Source: a virus
Virus record (IMG/VR): IMGVR_UViG_3300035698_016797
Coordinates: 32,001 to 96,000 of that record
Strand: one strand, 5' to 3'
DNA: 64,000 nt
Shown: positions 1 to 9,251 of the stretch, piece after piece
How positions within the stretch are numbered: position 1 is the first letter of the stretch
Layout: every line of letters starts with the position of its first letter
Notes under the pieces: model-generated
The model's input: the letters and a program-made list of their open reading frames with translations, nothing else
Database searches by the model: none
What the model was told of the DNA's origin: nothing
Program-made: the position numbers and the translations under genes

Positions 1-5
1 TGGCC

Positions 6-254
6 ATGCTCAAGCACCATGAGCACTGGTTTAACTACTTCACTACAAACGAAAATCCACACTTACATGTGGCAACTGGGCCAGAATATTTAGAGAGATG
101 GAAAGATTTAACAGTTGCAAAAGTACAAGAAGACTGGAGGGTTCCGGTATGGAATGGTTCCAATATTGATGAGGCAGTTCAATACCTCAGAGATAAGCAG
201 TTGAAAGAAAACATCACATTTCTAAGAGAAACCGTGGAAAGATTAAGAGTGTAA
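6..254 (+). CDS. hypothetical protein (may be 5'-truncated by window)
   Basis: 82 aa ORF; stop overlaps next start (TAATG). Confidence 0.55.
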   Translation: MLKHHEHWFNYFTTNENPHLHVATGPEYLERWKDLTVAKVQEDWRVPVWNGSNIDEAVQYLRDKQLKENITFLRETVERLRV

Positions 255-715
255 TGAAACCTTACCGCAAATTCGGTAAATGGTTCCAAATACGATGGAA
301 AGAAGCGTTGGGCAAGCCAGAATGTCCCTACCTCTATCGTTGGACACTGATTATCTGTGGATTTTCAATACGTCTTCACCATTGGTTGAGAAGTGATGAT
401 AACCGCTACTTCCACGACCATTCCTGTAATCTCATCTCAATCATCCTAAAGGGACGCTATACAAACGTTATTCCTCTCAATGATACAAGCCCAGATGTTA
501 CCAACGCTCGCTTTATACAGGCTGGAGCATGGCGTCCTTGGTTTGCTAAGGCAACTGCCAAACACTACCTTTCTATTCCTTCTGAGGGAGCGTGGACGTT
601 ACTGTTCCAAGGAAGACCTTTCCATAAATGGGGTTTTTACGTGAACGGTAAAAAAGTCCGTCCATTAAAGTACTTTCATCGTTTCGGGATAATTCAAAAT
701 GAAGACTACCAATAA
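254..715 (+). CDS. cupin-like phage protein
   Basis: LHH..SDD.RYFHDH and KHYL..P..GAWTL pattern typical of phage cupin-fold proteins. Confidence 0.55.
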   Translation: MKPYRKFGKWFQIRWKEALGKPECPYLYRWTLIICGFSIRLHHWLRSDDNRYFHDHSCNLISIILKGRYTNVIPLNDTSPDVTNARFIQAGAWRPWFAKATAKHYLSIPSEGAWTLLFQGRPFHKWGFYVNGKKVRPLKYFHRFGIIQNEDYQ

Positions 716-1034
716 GGTGACAAACATGAGACTCAAAAGAACACGCAAAAACTTCGGTGGTGGCAGTGGAAGGTGCACCCATGAAGGCGTCAAGTTTAGA
801 GTCGTAGTTTGGGAGTTGACCAAAGGCACTCAAACGGTCATTGAGAGTAGACTTTTTGGTAGCAGTATGGAACTTCGTTTCGACGGAGAGCACATATTCA
901 AATCTGATATTGAATGCGCAGGACAACTTACAGGTGGAGAAATCATAAGACTCATCGACGTGGAGAGAAAAGCTGCGTATGAAAGTGGAAGAGATTCCAA
1001 GCTGAAACAGATCAAAACGGCATTGGGATTATAG
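699..1034 (+). CDS. hypothetical protein
   Basis: 111 aa ORF in tightly packed + strand run. Confidence 0.55.
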   Translation: MKTTNKVTNMRLKRTRKNFGGGSGRCTHEGVKFRVVVWELTKGTQTVIESRLFGSSMELRFDGEHIFKSDIECAGQLTGGEIIRLIDVERKAAYESGRDSKLKQIKTALGL

Positions 1035-1038
1035 TTTA

Positions 1039-1287
1039 ATGATCAATCATCGCACAATAAAAGGTGCATGTCCACGTTGTTATAAAAATCCATGCACCTG
1101 TGGACACATGGCAGAACAGGAAGCGTGGGAAGCAGCATTCAAGGCGTGCCTACAGAGACCAACGTGGACAGCACGAGAGCGTGAAATACGTGCAAAATCT
1201 TCAGCAAAACTGACAGGAATAGAGCCAATTGAAGGGGCTGATTCGTTAGACGTTTTTGGAGTCCTAATAGAATCATTGAAAGGGTAG
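1039..1287 (+). CDS. hypothetical protein with small Cys motif
   Basis: CPRC..NPCTC motif, 82 aa. Confidence 0.5.
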   Translation: MINHRTIKGACPRCYKNPCTCGHMAEQEAWEAAFKACLQRPTWTAREREIRAKSSAKLTGIEPIEGADSLDVFGVLIESLKG

Positions 1288-1291
1288 AAAG

Positions 1292-1783
1292 ATGAGAAAA
1301 AGAAACTTTACATTGCTGGAACTCGTGGTTTGCTTCTGTTTCCTTGTGATCCTTGGAGCTATTGCCTGCAAAATCCTTTTTGGATGCCAGAAGAAAAACC
1401 ATCCAATCACCGTGAGCGAGCAAACCGTTGAAGTTACTATTAAGCTCGATAGTGACGTAATTGCAGGCTTAACAAACGGCTTAATGGAGTCTTTTAAGAA
1501 AGAAATGACTGCAAGGATTGAATCCGAGGCAAAGGCTGCGTTTATTAAAGCCAAGAAGGACATTAAAGAAGAACGTTGGGACAACACAGTACATCCTAGT
1601 GGTGAGACGGTAAAGGAAGAGGAACCGGAAAAACCGAAACCTCCTCCAACTCCAGAAGGTCCGAAACCTCCTACAGCGCCAGAGGTTAAACCTGAACCTC
1701 AACCAGAATCGGTAGAAAAGTCTACTCTCGTGGAAGTTCCAGCTAAAAAGATCAGAAAATGGGATAATTCTATACATCATTAA
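1292..1783 (+). CDS. prepilin-type N-terminal cleavage/methylation motif protein with Pro-rich tail
   Basis: MRKRN-FTLLELVV followed by hydrophobic helix; PEKPKPPPTPEGPKPP linker. Confidence 0.7.
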   Translation: MRKRNFTLLELVVCFCFLVILGAIACKILFGCQKKNHPITVSEQTVEVTIKLDSDVIAGLTNGLMESFKKEMTARIESEAKAAFIKAKKDIKEERWDNTVHPSGETVKEEEPEKPKPPPTPEGPKPPTAPEVKPEPQPESVEKSTLVEVPAKKIRKWDNSIHH

Positions 1784-1784
1784 T

Positions 1785-2228
1785 GTGTATTTGAGCATTC
1801 CACGGATGAAGAGCCTCCACAAGCTACGGCTGACAGATAAGGGAAATAAGATGATCACAGATTGGGAAGGTAGAATACGTGATATAATCGCGACCTGTGC
1901 GGGAGACTCTCACATTCGATTCAACATCACAACTCACGAATTCTCTTGTCGCATCACCTCTTCTGACAGCGTCGTTCTGTATTATGTAAACTGTGGATCT
2001 GACATACTCCATTGTAATGGCATCCCTGGAGTGTTTAATGGAGAACACATTTTGACCGATGCCAAGAGTGGAAAGTACAATTTAAAAAATGGCGTTAAGA
2101 GATTGATGGATACTGACATCTTTTTTAAGAGCAGTATTCAAGCACGTTCTGCTGCTTTTGCATGGATTCTCAACCATTATAGCAAAAATGCTCAAATACA
2201 CATTAATGAGGCATTTCAATGTATTTAG
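1785..2228 (+). CDS. hypothetical protein
   Basis: 147 aa ORF; C-terminal AAFAWILN loosely resembles the three downstream paralogs. Confidence 0.55.
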   Translation: MYLSIPRMKSLHKLRLTDKGNKMITDWEGRIRDIIATCAGDSHIRFNITTHEFSCRITSSDSVVLYYVNCGSDILHCNGIPGVFNGEHILTDAKSGKYNLKNGVKRLMDTDIFFKSSIQARSAAFAWILNHYSKNAQIHINEAFQCI

Positions 2229-2536
2229 ACGTGTTTTACAAAACAAATCTGTCTGAGCAGGCATTTTTGGCTATTGACGAAGTTGCCCAAAGAATGCATA
2301 TTAGAATAGCCGGAAGTAGACGCAACGATGCATATATGTGTTATGGGAATTTTGGTGGGATCAAAAAATATCTGCGCCATCAAGGTGTTTGGAAAGAATA
2401 CTCTGTGGAAGATGGAGATATTGTAACCGGAGAAAATGCCGGTAATGTTTGGGACGCATACTATCCACACAGCAGAGCTGCGTTTTCCGCATTTCTCACA
2501 TGGTGTATGAACAATAAACAGATTCCAAGTCTTTAG
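2219..2536 (+). CDS. hypothetical protein, tandem paralog 1 of 3
   Basis: shares LRxxGxW, ED, W..Y/F and AF..WC.N..I..L with the next two ORFs. Confidence 0.75.
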   Translation: MYLDVFYKTNLSEQAFLAIDEVAQRMHIRIAGSRRNDAYMCYGNFGGIKKYLRHQGVWKEYSVEDGDIVTGENAGNVWDAYYPHSRAAFSAFLTWCMNNKQIPSL

Positions 2537-2546
2537 GAGTGTTTCA

Positions 2547-2867
2547 ATGAGTAGATATCTGTCACTAAATTTTGAAACAGGCTTTGCTCCTGAAGCACTA
2601 GTCATGATTGATGAACTTGCCAGAGTTATGGATGTAGACATCAATCAAAGCAAAAGAATCAGCGCAAGTATGTGCGGTGGACGTATTGATGGACGCAGAA
2701 AGTCTCTGCGTAATGACGGCACATGGCAAGAATTTACTGATGAGGATCGGAAAATAGTAGTCTCAGAACATAGAGCAATTTGGAATGGCTACTTCCCATC
2801 TTATCGGGCTGTAATGGTTGCGTTTATTATGTGGTGCGTCAACCACAATAAGGTTTCAATCCTTTAA
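2547..2867 (+). CDS. hypothetical protein, tandem paralog 2 of 3
   Basis: same motifs as 2219..2536; GGAG RBS. Confidence 0.75.
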   Translation: MSRYLSLNFETGFAPEALVMIDELARVMDVDINQSKRISASMCGGRIDGRRKSLRNDGTWQEFTDEDRKIVVSEHRAIWNGYFPSYRAVMVAFIMWCVNHNKVSIL

Positions 2868-2878
2868 AGGTCAATATT

Positions 2879-3202
2879 ATGTCAGCATATTTGAGATTAG
2901 ACTTTGACCCTGGAATTTCAGTTGCTGCTGTTCATGCTGCAAGTGAATTTGGAAGATCTATTGATCTGAGAATTCAAGGTTCCGAAGGCTGTCTGTCATG
3001 TTCCAGCTATATCCGTAATGGTAGTAATGGACAGCAATATCTTAGAAAAGATGGGATTTGGAAAGTCTTTACCCCAGAAGACCGCAGAATATGCGATTCA
3101 GGACAAAGGGAAACTTGGGATGGATTTTATGGAAACAATCAAAAAGCTGTTACTGCATTCCTGATATGGTGCATTAACAACAAGAAGATAGGCGCATTAT
3201 GA
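2879..3202 (+). CDS. hypothetical protein, tandem paralog 3 of 3
   Basis: same motifs (LRKDGIW, ED, WDGFY, AFLIWCINN). Confidence 0.75.
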   Translation: MSAYLRLDFDPGISVAAVHAASEFGRSIDLRIQGSEGCLSCSSYIRNGSNGQQYLRKDGIWKVFTPEDRRICDSGQRETWDGFYGNNQKAVTAFLIWCINNKKIGAL

Positions 3203-3597
3203 ATTTCTTTCCGATAGGATTTCAACCAGAGGGAGAAGATCCATTACATCCTGACGACTATCATTTCCACACGATTAATAGGATGTTCGCATACGCTTTT
3301 TCTTGTCAACTTTGTAGACACTTCCAACCGGTCCCGGAAGATGCACTCTTTATCACGAAAGCTACATTTTACAGTATGCCCGTACTTGAGGCATGTCTCG
3401 TATGTACGGACATCGAAAACGAGGAAACAATGCAATGGGCTTACATAGTTGAGACCATTTTACCAACAACTTGGGATGAAGAGGCAAAGATATGGATACA
3501 AAACGAAGCGGAACAACATGACATTGTCTTCAATTTTAATCATACTAACTCCAATGGGTGTGCTAACGATAGTGTGCATCGCATTGGTTTTAATTGA
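3199..3597 (+). CDS. hypothetical protein
   Basis: 132 aa, CxxC motifs, ATGA overlap with upstream gene. Confidence 0.55.
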   Translation: MNFFPIGFQPEGEDPLHPDDYHFHTINRMFAYAFSCQLCRHFQPVPEDALFITKATFYSMPVLEACLVCTDIENEETMQWAYIVETILPTTWDEEAKIWIQNEAEQHDIVFNFNHTNSNGCANDSVHRIGFN

Positions 3598-3601
3598 CAA
3601 A

Positions 3602-5194
3602 ATGGTTGAAAGCATAGAAGAAGAAGGAAATAGATGGTTGAACCATGACATCTATTTGGTCCAATTTGCAGAACTAAAGAGAGGATGTATTTCAATGTCA
3701 GATGGCAAGCAGAACTACAGAGAAACAGACACGCTATTACGCTTTAATGGTGACAAAGACAATTCTGTAAAGACAAAGTTGTGTCGCGTAGCCTTAAGGC
3801 CGGTTAAAAGTTGGAGATCAACCAATCAGGACAAGGACTGTTGGTATTCCATCTTTGCGTGTATTCAAGATGGAAAACAAAAGTGGTTGTTAAAAAGGCA
3901 ATCCATCCATCAAGACACTATAAAATCGTCTGTGAGCGAAACTATCATTCCACACGCGAACGGAATGAACATTCTCAAAAGCCAAAATGAATCAAAAGTC
4001 ACCACCTTCAGACAAGAAGGTTTCAGTGGTTCAAACATTATGGCTGGCTTTTTCAACAACACTCTTACTATGGGGCAGAGTTCGAAGAGAATATTCGACA
4101 TCCTCACCGAATCGTTGGCTACCGAAGCTGATGACTCACCTCTTGTCAACACCCCGGAATATGACCCTGAAGACGATCTTACTACAAGGTATCGCTGCAA
4201 GGGAACAACCACCGGCAGAACAAATGGATTTATGTTGCGCCAAATAGACAGTGAACTCGAATGTATCTATTGCAACACCATGAGATGTGATGTCTTGTTT
4301 GTTACTTCCACAGATAGAGAAGTACCGTGTCATGGAGACTGTCTTGAGGCGGAAGTAGAGATGAATCCAGATGTCGGGATTGCTCTGGTAATACATGAAA
4401 CAGTGTTCGGAGGCATTCCAGAAGGCAGGCTTCCTGCTGGAGTAAATGTGCTTGAAACACCACTATCTAACTCCTCTGTTCCAGAAGACGACAAGTGTTG
4501 TTTCTGTGACAAGAAAAAGTGCACCGCTGACGGATATGTAAAAGGTAAACTAACATCCTTTCACAGACTCTGTGCCCTCAAACAGCTCACCCTTACACCT
4601 TGGGATGCTGAACTTGAATCTTTGATAGGTGACACCGTACTTATTCCAAGTGGAAGAGTTCCTCAAAGTATGGTTCCACACAAGGCTGTATGTTTTATGT
4701 GTGGAGTTTCTGGGGCAGACAGGGTCGCAACAGACTTCGTTAATGGCCAACCACGATTTCTGCATATCAAATGCCTAGAGGATGAGATCAACAAGGATGG
4801 GATGACAGAGGATGACCTCCTTGATCTTGCCACAGAACTTATGAAAGACAGACAGATAGAAGAGTGCTGGTATTGTGGAAACAAAGAAGGCAAACTTATC
4901 TGGTCAGAGGAATATTGTGTATGGGTTCACAAAGAATGCGTTATCAGAGACGTAATGGAAGACTCTGCCGACGCAATCAACCTCAACATTGCCGCAGAAC
5001 TTCTCACCCAAGAAGAATTGAACATCCCGCAAATAATACAAGAAACTGGTAAATGTAAAGAGCTGAACGGTTGTGTCAAGATGGCTCACATTTTCCTGAG
5101 AAGGGTAAATGATATGCTCGAAGGAGAAGAGAATGTCTTCGAACCTGCTCCCAACTGGATTACGAAGTTGGAAGAGGCATTAGACAATGAATGA
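3602..5194 (+). CDS. large protein with repeated CxxC...HxxC zinc-binding modules
   Basis: CFC..FHRLC, CFMC..LHIKC, CWYC..VHKEC; start uncertain (3602, or 3695 which has an AGAGGA RBS). Confidence 0.65.
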   Translation: MVESIEEEGNRWLNHDIYLVQFAELKRGCISMSDGKQNYRETDTLLRFNGDKDNSVKTKLCRVALRPVKSWRSTNQDKDCWYSIFACIQDGKQKWLLKRQSIHQDTIKSSVSETIIPHANGMNILKSQNESKVTTFRQEGFSGSNIMAGFFNNTLTMGQSSKRIFDILTESLATEADDSPLVNTPEYDPEDDLTTRYRCKGTTTGRTNGFMLRQIDSELECIYCNTMRCDVLFVTSTDREVPCHGDCLEAEVEMNPDVGIALVIHETVFGGIPEGRLPAGVNVLETPLSNSSVPEDDKCCFCDKKKCTADGYVKGKLTSFHRLCALKQLTLTPWDAELESLIGDTVLIPSGRVPQSMVPHKAVCFMCGVSGADRVATDFVNGQPRFLHIKCLEDEINKDGMTEDDLLDLATELMKDRQIEECWYCGNKEGKLIWSEEYCVWVHKECVIRDVMEDSADAINLNIAAELLTQEELNIPQIIQETGKCKELNGCVKMAHIFLRRVNDMLEGEENVFEPAPNWITKLEEALDNE

Positions 5195-6248
5195 TGAGTT
5201 TGTCATCAATTGTTCAAGTGCATGGAATCTATGTCCCACGTTTCCGACCATGATTCCTGAGGGATGTGGCTCTTTACATCCAAGAATGATGAGATCTACT
5301 TGGAAGACTGCAATACATCTGTATGTTGCATGTCATTTTAGAACGCACAAAACACAAGAAATGGTGCGTTCGATTGAACTCCCCTCTGATGCGATTACAT
5401 TTCTACACAACAACGAAGGTTCAATCAGAAGCAAGTGGGAGACTCACAGACTGGAAGCTATTAAGTTTGCGGCAAAAGCGTTTGCAGAACCAAACCAACT
5501 TTCATTGTTACAACTGATGGCAAAATATGAAAGAGTTGTATTTCGTTCAAGAGATACGTTTCTTGGGGTTAACGATTCTGGAGAAGGTGCCAATCAATGG
5601 CTCACATCAATGTGTGACAGCGTGCAGAATTATCACTTCCACAAAATGTTTATCATTGCCAAAGGTTCTGTTTATAACGGGAAAACAACTGGAACTTTAC
5701 TGTATCCTGAATGTAAGTGTGGTGCCAATTTGGGAAGATGCTATTCAATCCCAATGAGCAGAACCTCTTTTACTGTCGCAAAAAGAATGTTGGCAAACTA
5801 TGGATTTTCATTCATCTTAGATCCAAATCATCAAGCGTTGATGGAGGTGGACCAAGAAGAAGATGGTAGAATTGTCATAATTGATGGCACACTTGCAACC
5901 AAGGATGACGACAAGGTAAAATTTCAAACCGTATTGAGGAAGATATACACTTATCTTTTGTCAGCAGATTGTGAATCCCATGAACAGGAAAGACGTAAAA
6001 GTCATCAGCATAGAAGACGAACTGCAAGACGTCCTCATGTGGCAAAACATCGAATGGCATCGACGTTTACAATGTTCGGAACTCCTTTTGTATCTACTTC
6101 TTTTGCAGATGCATTTGATATTAACATTCCGATTGCAGAAGAGGAACCTCCGACTCTTCGAAACCTTGAACATCTAAGACCATCACAAAGAACAACTATG
6201 CAACAAAGAACAGCCTCATTCATTGACAGAAGAAGGAATACACGATGA
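5187..6248 (+). CDS. hypothetical protein
   Basis: 353 aa ORF overlapping both neighbours. Confidence 0.65.
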   Translation: MNDEFVINCSSAWNLCPTFPTMIPEGCGSLHPRMMRSTWKTAIHLYVACHFRTHKTQEMVRSIELPSDAITFLHNNEGSIRSKWETHRLEAIKFAAKAFAEPNQLSLLQLMAKYERVVFRSRDTFLGVNDSGEGANQWLTSMCDSVQNYHFHKMFIIAKGSVYNGKTTGTLLYPECKCGANLGRCYSIPMSRTSFTVAKRMLANYGFSFILDPNHQALMEVDQEEDGRIVIIDGTLATKDDDKVKFQTVLRKIYTYLLSADCESHEQERRKSHQHRRRTARRPHVAKHRMASTFTMFGTPFVSTSFADAFDINIPIAEEEPPTLRNLEHLRPSQRTTMQQRTASFIDRRRNTR

Positions 6249-6478
6249 GTAAAAGAAAAAAGAAAGCTGAATGTTTTTTCTGCAACAAAAAGGCAGACCG
6301 TGGAGACTTGGTCTCAATCTGTTACTCTGGAAAAAAGGATGACGGTACACCGTTCAGGACCGTAGTTAAAGCCTGTCTTGCACATCATGGAGTGCCAGAA
6401 TTGGCTAAAGAATACGAAGACCACGTCAACAGACAACAGGAGGAAACCCCGGATGAAGAAACTACACCGTCGTCATGA
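6245..6478 (+). CDS. small zinc-finger-like protein
   Basis: CFFC...ACLAH motif, ATGA overlap. Confidence 0.55.
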   Translation: MSKRKKKAECFFCNKKADRGDLVSICYSGKKDDGTPFRTVVKACLAHHGVPELAKEYEDHVNRQQEETPDEETTPSS

Positions 6479-6678
6479 GCAGAAGAAACGCCCTCTTGGG
6501 GTTGGAGCAATGAACTCCACACTTTTCACTCAAGTGAAGGGTAAGTGCGAGATAGCTGCCGCAGGCAGCTGTAAAGCTTCAAGTCTTGCCAACTGTCTGT
6601 CATGCAGTGTTGGAAAAAGCGTTCTCAACATCAAGCCTGAGTAAACACAGAATTCACAGTCGAAGGAGAAAGGACATC

Positions 6679-7206
6679 ATGATTAACGTACTGAAAGATG
6701 GAGCAGAAAGTACCATTGCAGGTGGTACTCTTCAGGATCTCATCAAGATCTTGAGCATCGGAGATGACTGGCAAATCAAGGTTGGAGGGATGGTTATTCC
6801 AAGCAACTCCGAAATCGAATTTTCAGATGGACACGAAGTCGTCTTCTCTTCGCCAGCATATCTACGCCTCTCTGAGAGCGACGAGAGTGTGGACGATACC
6901 GCTGAGGGTTCCAACGCAACGTCACCGGCAATGGAAGCGGTTGCCGCAGCGGGAATTCTCACAGCCGATACGGAAGCAGCACTTGCCGAACAGTTGGCAT
7001 CGACACCTTCAATTCGCATCATAGTCAGGAGTAAATCAATTGTCCTGCTTAATGATGGAAAGCCAACCCTGCATGACAAACTGCCAACTCCGTCGAAACT
7101 CAAGACGGCGCTTCACGTCATGGATGTTTTCCCTCTGTTGGGAACCTCCATTATTGTATGGAAGAAGAAAATAGAAGATGAGAATTCAGAAACACCTACC
7201 CCGTGA
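6679..7206 (+). CDS. protein with N-terminal ThiS/MoaD-like beta-grasp (Ubl) domain
   Basis: TLQDLIKIL.I..W.IKVGG..IP....FSDGHEVVF matches ThiS/MoaD pattern; strong RBS before ATG 6679. Confidence 0.55.
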   Translation: MINVLKDGAESTIAGGTLQDLIKILSIGDDWQIKVGGMVIPSNSEIEFSDGHEVVFSSPAYLRLSESDESVDDTAEGSNATSPAMEAVAAAGILTADTEAALAEQLASTPSIRIIVRSKSIVLLNDGKPTLHDKLPTPSKLKTALHVMDVFPLLGTSIIVWKKKIEDENSETPTP

Positions 7207-7407
7207 TCGTGGCAACTGTGATGGTTGTCTTGAAAGATGTAGATACTCCCTCTCTTCGCCGGAAAGCAAAGGGTGTATGAAAGCAGAAGGAGTAGCACGA
7301 ACAGGGGTAAAAGAACAATCGAACATTCGCAGTGAAGTTGGCAAACTAAATGCCAACCTCGCTTTAACCCTAGGTGTAGAGGAGGATAAAACATGCGCTG
7401 ACGGAAA

Positions 7408-7761
7408 ATGAACATTCTTCATATCAGCAACTCTAACATCAAGTCGTCACTCTTGTTTTGGAAGCAGATCCATTCTGCGATCCAAACAACTGTCCAATGG
7501 TCACCAGCTTTCAACCTGGAGGAGATTTTAGACCTTGATCTAAGTATGTATGACCTTGTCATCTACGAAGAAAAGGTAGGGCTTACTTCTCTGGCAGTAC
7601 AAATGTCTGAAAACCAACACTTGGCAGAAATCATTAACCATATCAACCATAAGCTCTATGTGGTAACGCGTAGGAGATCTACGCATTCCAATACTGGGGT
7701 AGCAGTTTTTACAAGTCGGAAAGATATTCTTTCTGCACTGCAAGCCCAAAATGCGCGATAA
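7408..7761 (+). CDS. hypothetical protein
   Basis: 117 aa ORF directly upstream of the Ubl gene. Confidence 0.55.
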   Translation: MNILHISNSNIKSSLLFWKQIHSAIQTTVQWSPAFNLEEILDLDLSMYDLVIYEEKVGLTSLAVQMSENQHLAEIINHINHKLYVVTRRRSTHSNTGVAVFTSRKDILSALQAQNAR

Positions 7762-7784
7762 GCGCAAAATTGTGGAGGTGACTC

Positions 7785-8417
7785 ATGTCACAGAACGTAG
7801 CAGTATCATTCGGCGTCAACAAGATGAACCTGGAAATCGCAGGCCAGAGCCTCGCCACCGTCGCGCATCAGCTGAAGAGCCTCTTGGGGCTTGCCGGTGG
7901 CGAAACCCAGAAAGTCAATGGTCGCGAAGCTGCCAATGACTACATCCTCAAGGCTGGCGACAGGCTTGAGTTTGTGAAGGTCAGTGGTCGCAAGGGTGCA
8001 AACGTCTCCGTGACGTTCGGCGTCAACAAGATGAACCTGGAAATCTCAGGCCAGAGTCTGGCAACGGTTGCTCACCAGCTCAAGTCCCTCCTGGGACTTG
8101 CCGGTGGTGAGACCCAGAAGGTCAATGGTCGTACAGTGGCCAATGACTACATCCTCAAGGCTGGTGACAGGCTTGAGTTTGTGAAGGTCAGTGGTCGCAA
8201 GGGTTCGATCGCCGTCAGTGCCGGTGTGAACCGTATGGACCTGGAGCTGGCTGGTAAGACTGTCAGCCAGGTTCGTAAAGAGCTGGCAAGCCTGCTCCAC
8301 ATCGACAATACGTGGAAAGCGGAAGTCAATGGTGCCACCTGTGGTGCCACCAAACGCCTCCGCAACGGTGACAGTCTGGAATTCATCAAGGATTCCGGCA
8401 CCAAGGGTGATGGCTGA
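7785..8417 (+). CDS. tandem triple ubiquitin-like (beta-grasp) protein, poly-Ubl precursor
   Basis: three ~69 aa units ending SGRKG, SGRKG, SGTKG(+DG); KVNG and L..GD.LEF.K Ubl signature; GGAGG RBS. Confidence 0.9.
   Translation: MSQNVAVSFGVNKMNLEIAGQSLATVAHQLKSLLGLAGGETQKVNGREAANDYILKAGDRLEFVKVSGRKGANVSVTFGVNKMNLEISGQSLATVAHQLKSLLGLAGGETQKVNGRTVANDYILKAGDRLEFVKVSGRKGSIAVSAGVNRMDLELAGKTVSQVRKELASLLHIDNTWKAEVNGATCGATKRLRNGDSLEFIKDSGTKGDG
7807..8204 (+). repeat. 207-bp-period direct repeat (Ubl units 1 and 2)
   Basis: near-identical DNA, e.g. ttcggcgtcaacaagatgaacctggaaatc and gacaggcttgagtttgtgaaggtcagtggtcgcaagggt occur twice. Confidence 0.9.
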
Positions 8418-8447
8418 AACCATCAAATGCTATTGATGTAGCATTAG

Positions 8448-8481
8448 AGTCGGAGGGGGAATGTTCCCCTTCCGACTTTTT
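8448..8481 (+). terminator. Rho-independent terminator after the Ubl gene
   Basis: agtcgga..ggggaa-tg-ttcccc..tccgact followed by T-run. Confidence 0.75.
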
Positions 8482-8519
8482 CTTTCCAAACTGCACTAAA
8501 ACATGGAGGAATAACCAAC

Positions 8520-9251
8520 ATGGCGGCTCCAACCACAGTTCGAACCTACATTCGTATGGAAGGTGAGAGCACTGAACTAGTAGAGGAACGAGTCAAAAAG
8601 AGCTTTGAGACTGAATCTTTTCTTGAAGCACTGAGGCTCGAAGCTGGACTATCGTCCGGTCTCATTCCTCAAGATTGCATCTTCTTCTTCCGTAAACCAC
8701 CAACATCGGCAGAATCCGGTGATGATGCAGTTTACGTGATGGAAAAAGAACCTCGTACGGTCACTATGCACTTTCGCAATTCCGGTGCCAGCGGTAGCGG
8801 AACCGTTCATCCACTCAAAGTGTCTCTTCCGTACTGTCTTTTCTTCATACCCGTTAGAGGTGGAAACATACAGGACATTTGGCCAGTATGTTCAAAGCAG
8901 CGCATCAAAACCATAGATGATCCCATCTTTGTGTTGCCGATACCAAACGTGTACGATTCGGGCCATGGAAGAATTTGTGTTGGAAATCTTCGCATCGACA
9001 ATGAGAGTCCCATCCATGTGAGACTTAACAAGTTGGTGTCGATGGTTTTCACGTCTGAGTTCAACTTGGATTTGACCACGATCTATCCTTCTGTGATGGT
9101 GAAGAAGTCTGGTGAAGATCCATCCATTTTTGGATGGGCACACAAGTCGGAAGGCAATTCGTTGTTTGGATGCTCCGATGAGGTAGAGTACCTGCCTCAT
9201 AATTACGGAACATTCAAAGGTCTAATGGGGAATATAGGATGTCAACTGTAA
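8520..9251 (+). CDS. prokaryotic E2-like conjugating protein (E2 family D / PRTRC protein B-like)
   Basis: SLPY.LF and LPIPNVYDSGHGRICVG motif with candidate catalytic Cys; sits between Ubl and JAB. Confidence 0.7.
   Translation: MAAPTTVRTYIRMEGESTELVEERVKKSFETESFLEALRLEAGLSSGLIPQDCIFFFRKPPTSAESGDDAVYVMEKEPRTVTMHFRNSGASGSGTVHPLKVSLPYCLFFIPVRGGNIQDIWPVCSKQRIKTIDDPIFVLPIPNVYDSGHGRICVGNLRIDNESPIHVRLNKLVSMVFTSEFNLDLTTIYPSVMVKKSGEDPSIFGWAHKSEGNSLFGCSDEVEYLPHNYGTFKGLMGNIGCQL

Noticed and set aside
8420-8445. Sixth GATG/CATC element after the Ubl gene
   Set aside because: Order is CATC...GATG, with no arm/GG/AAG grammar; it sits beside an ordinary terminator.
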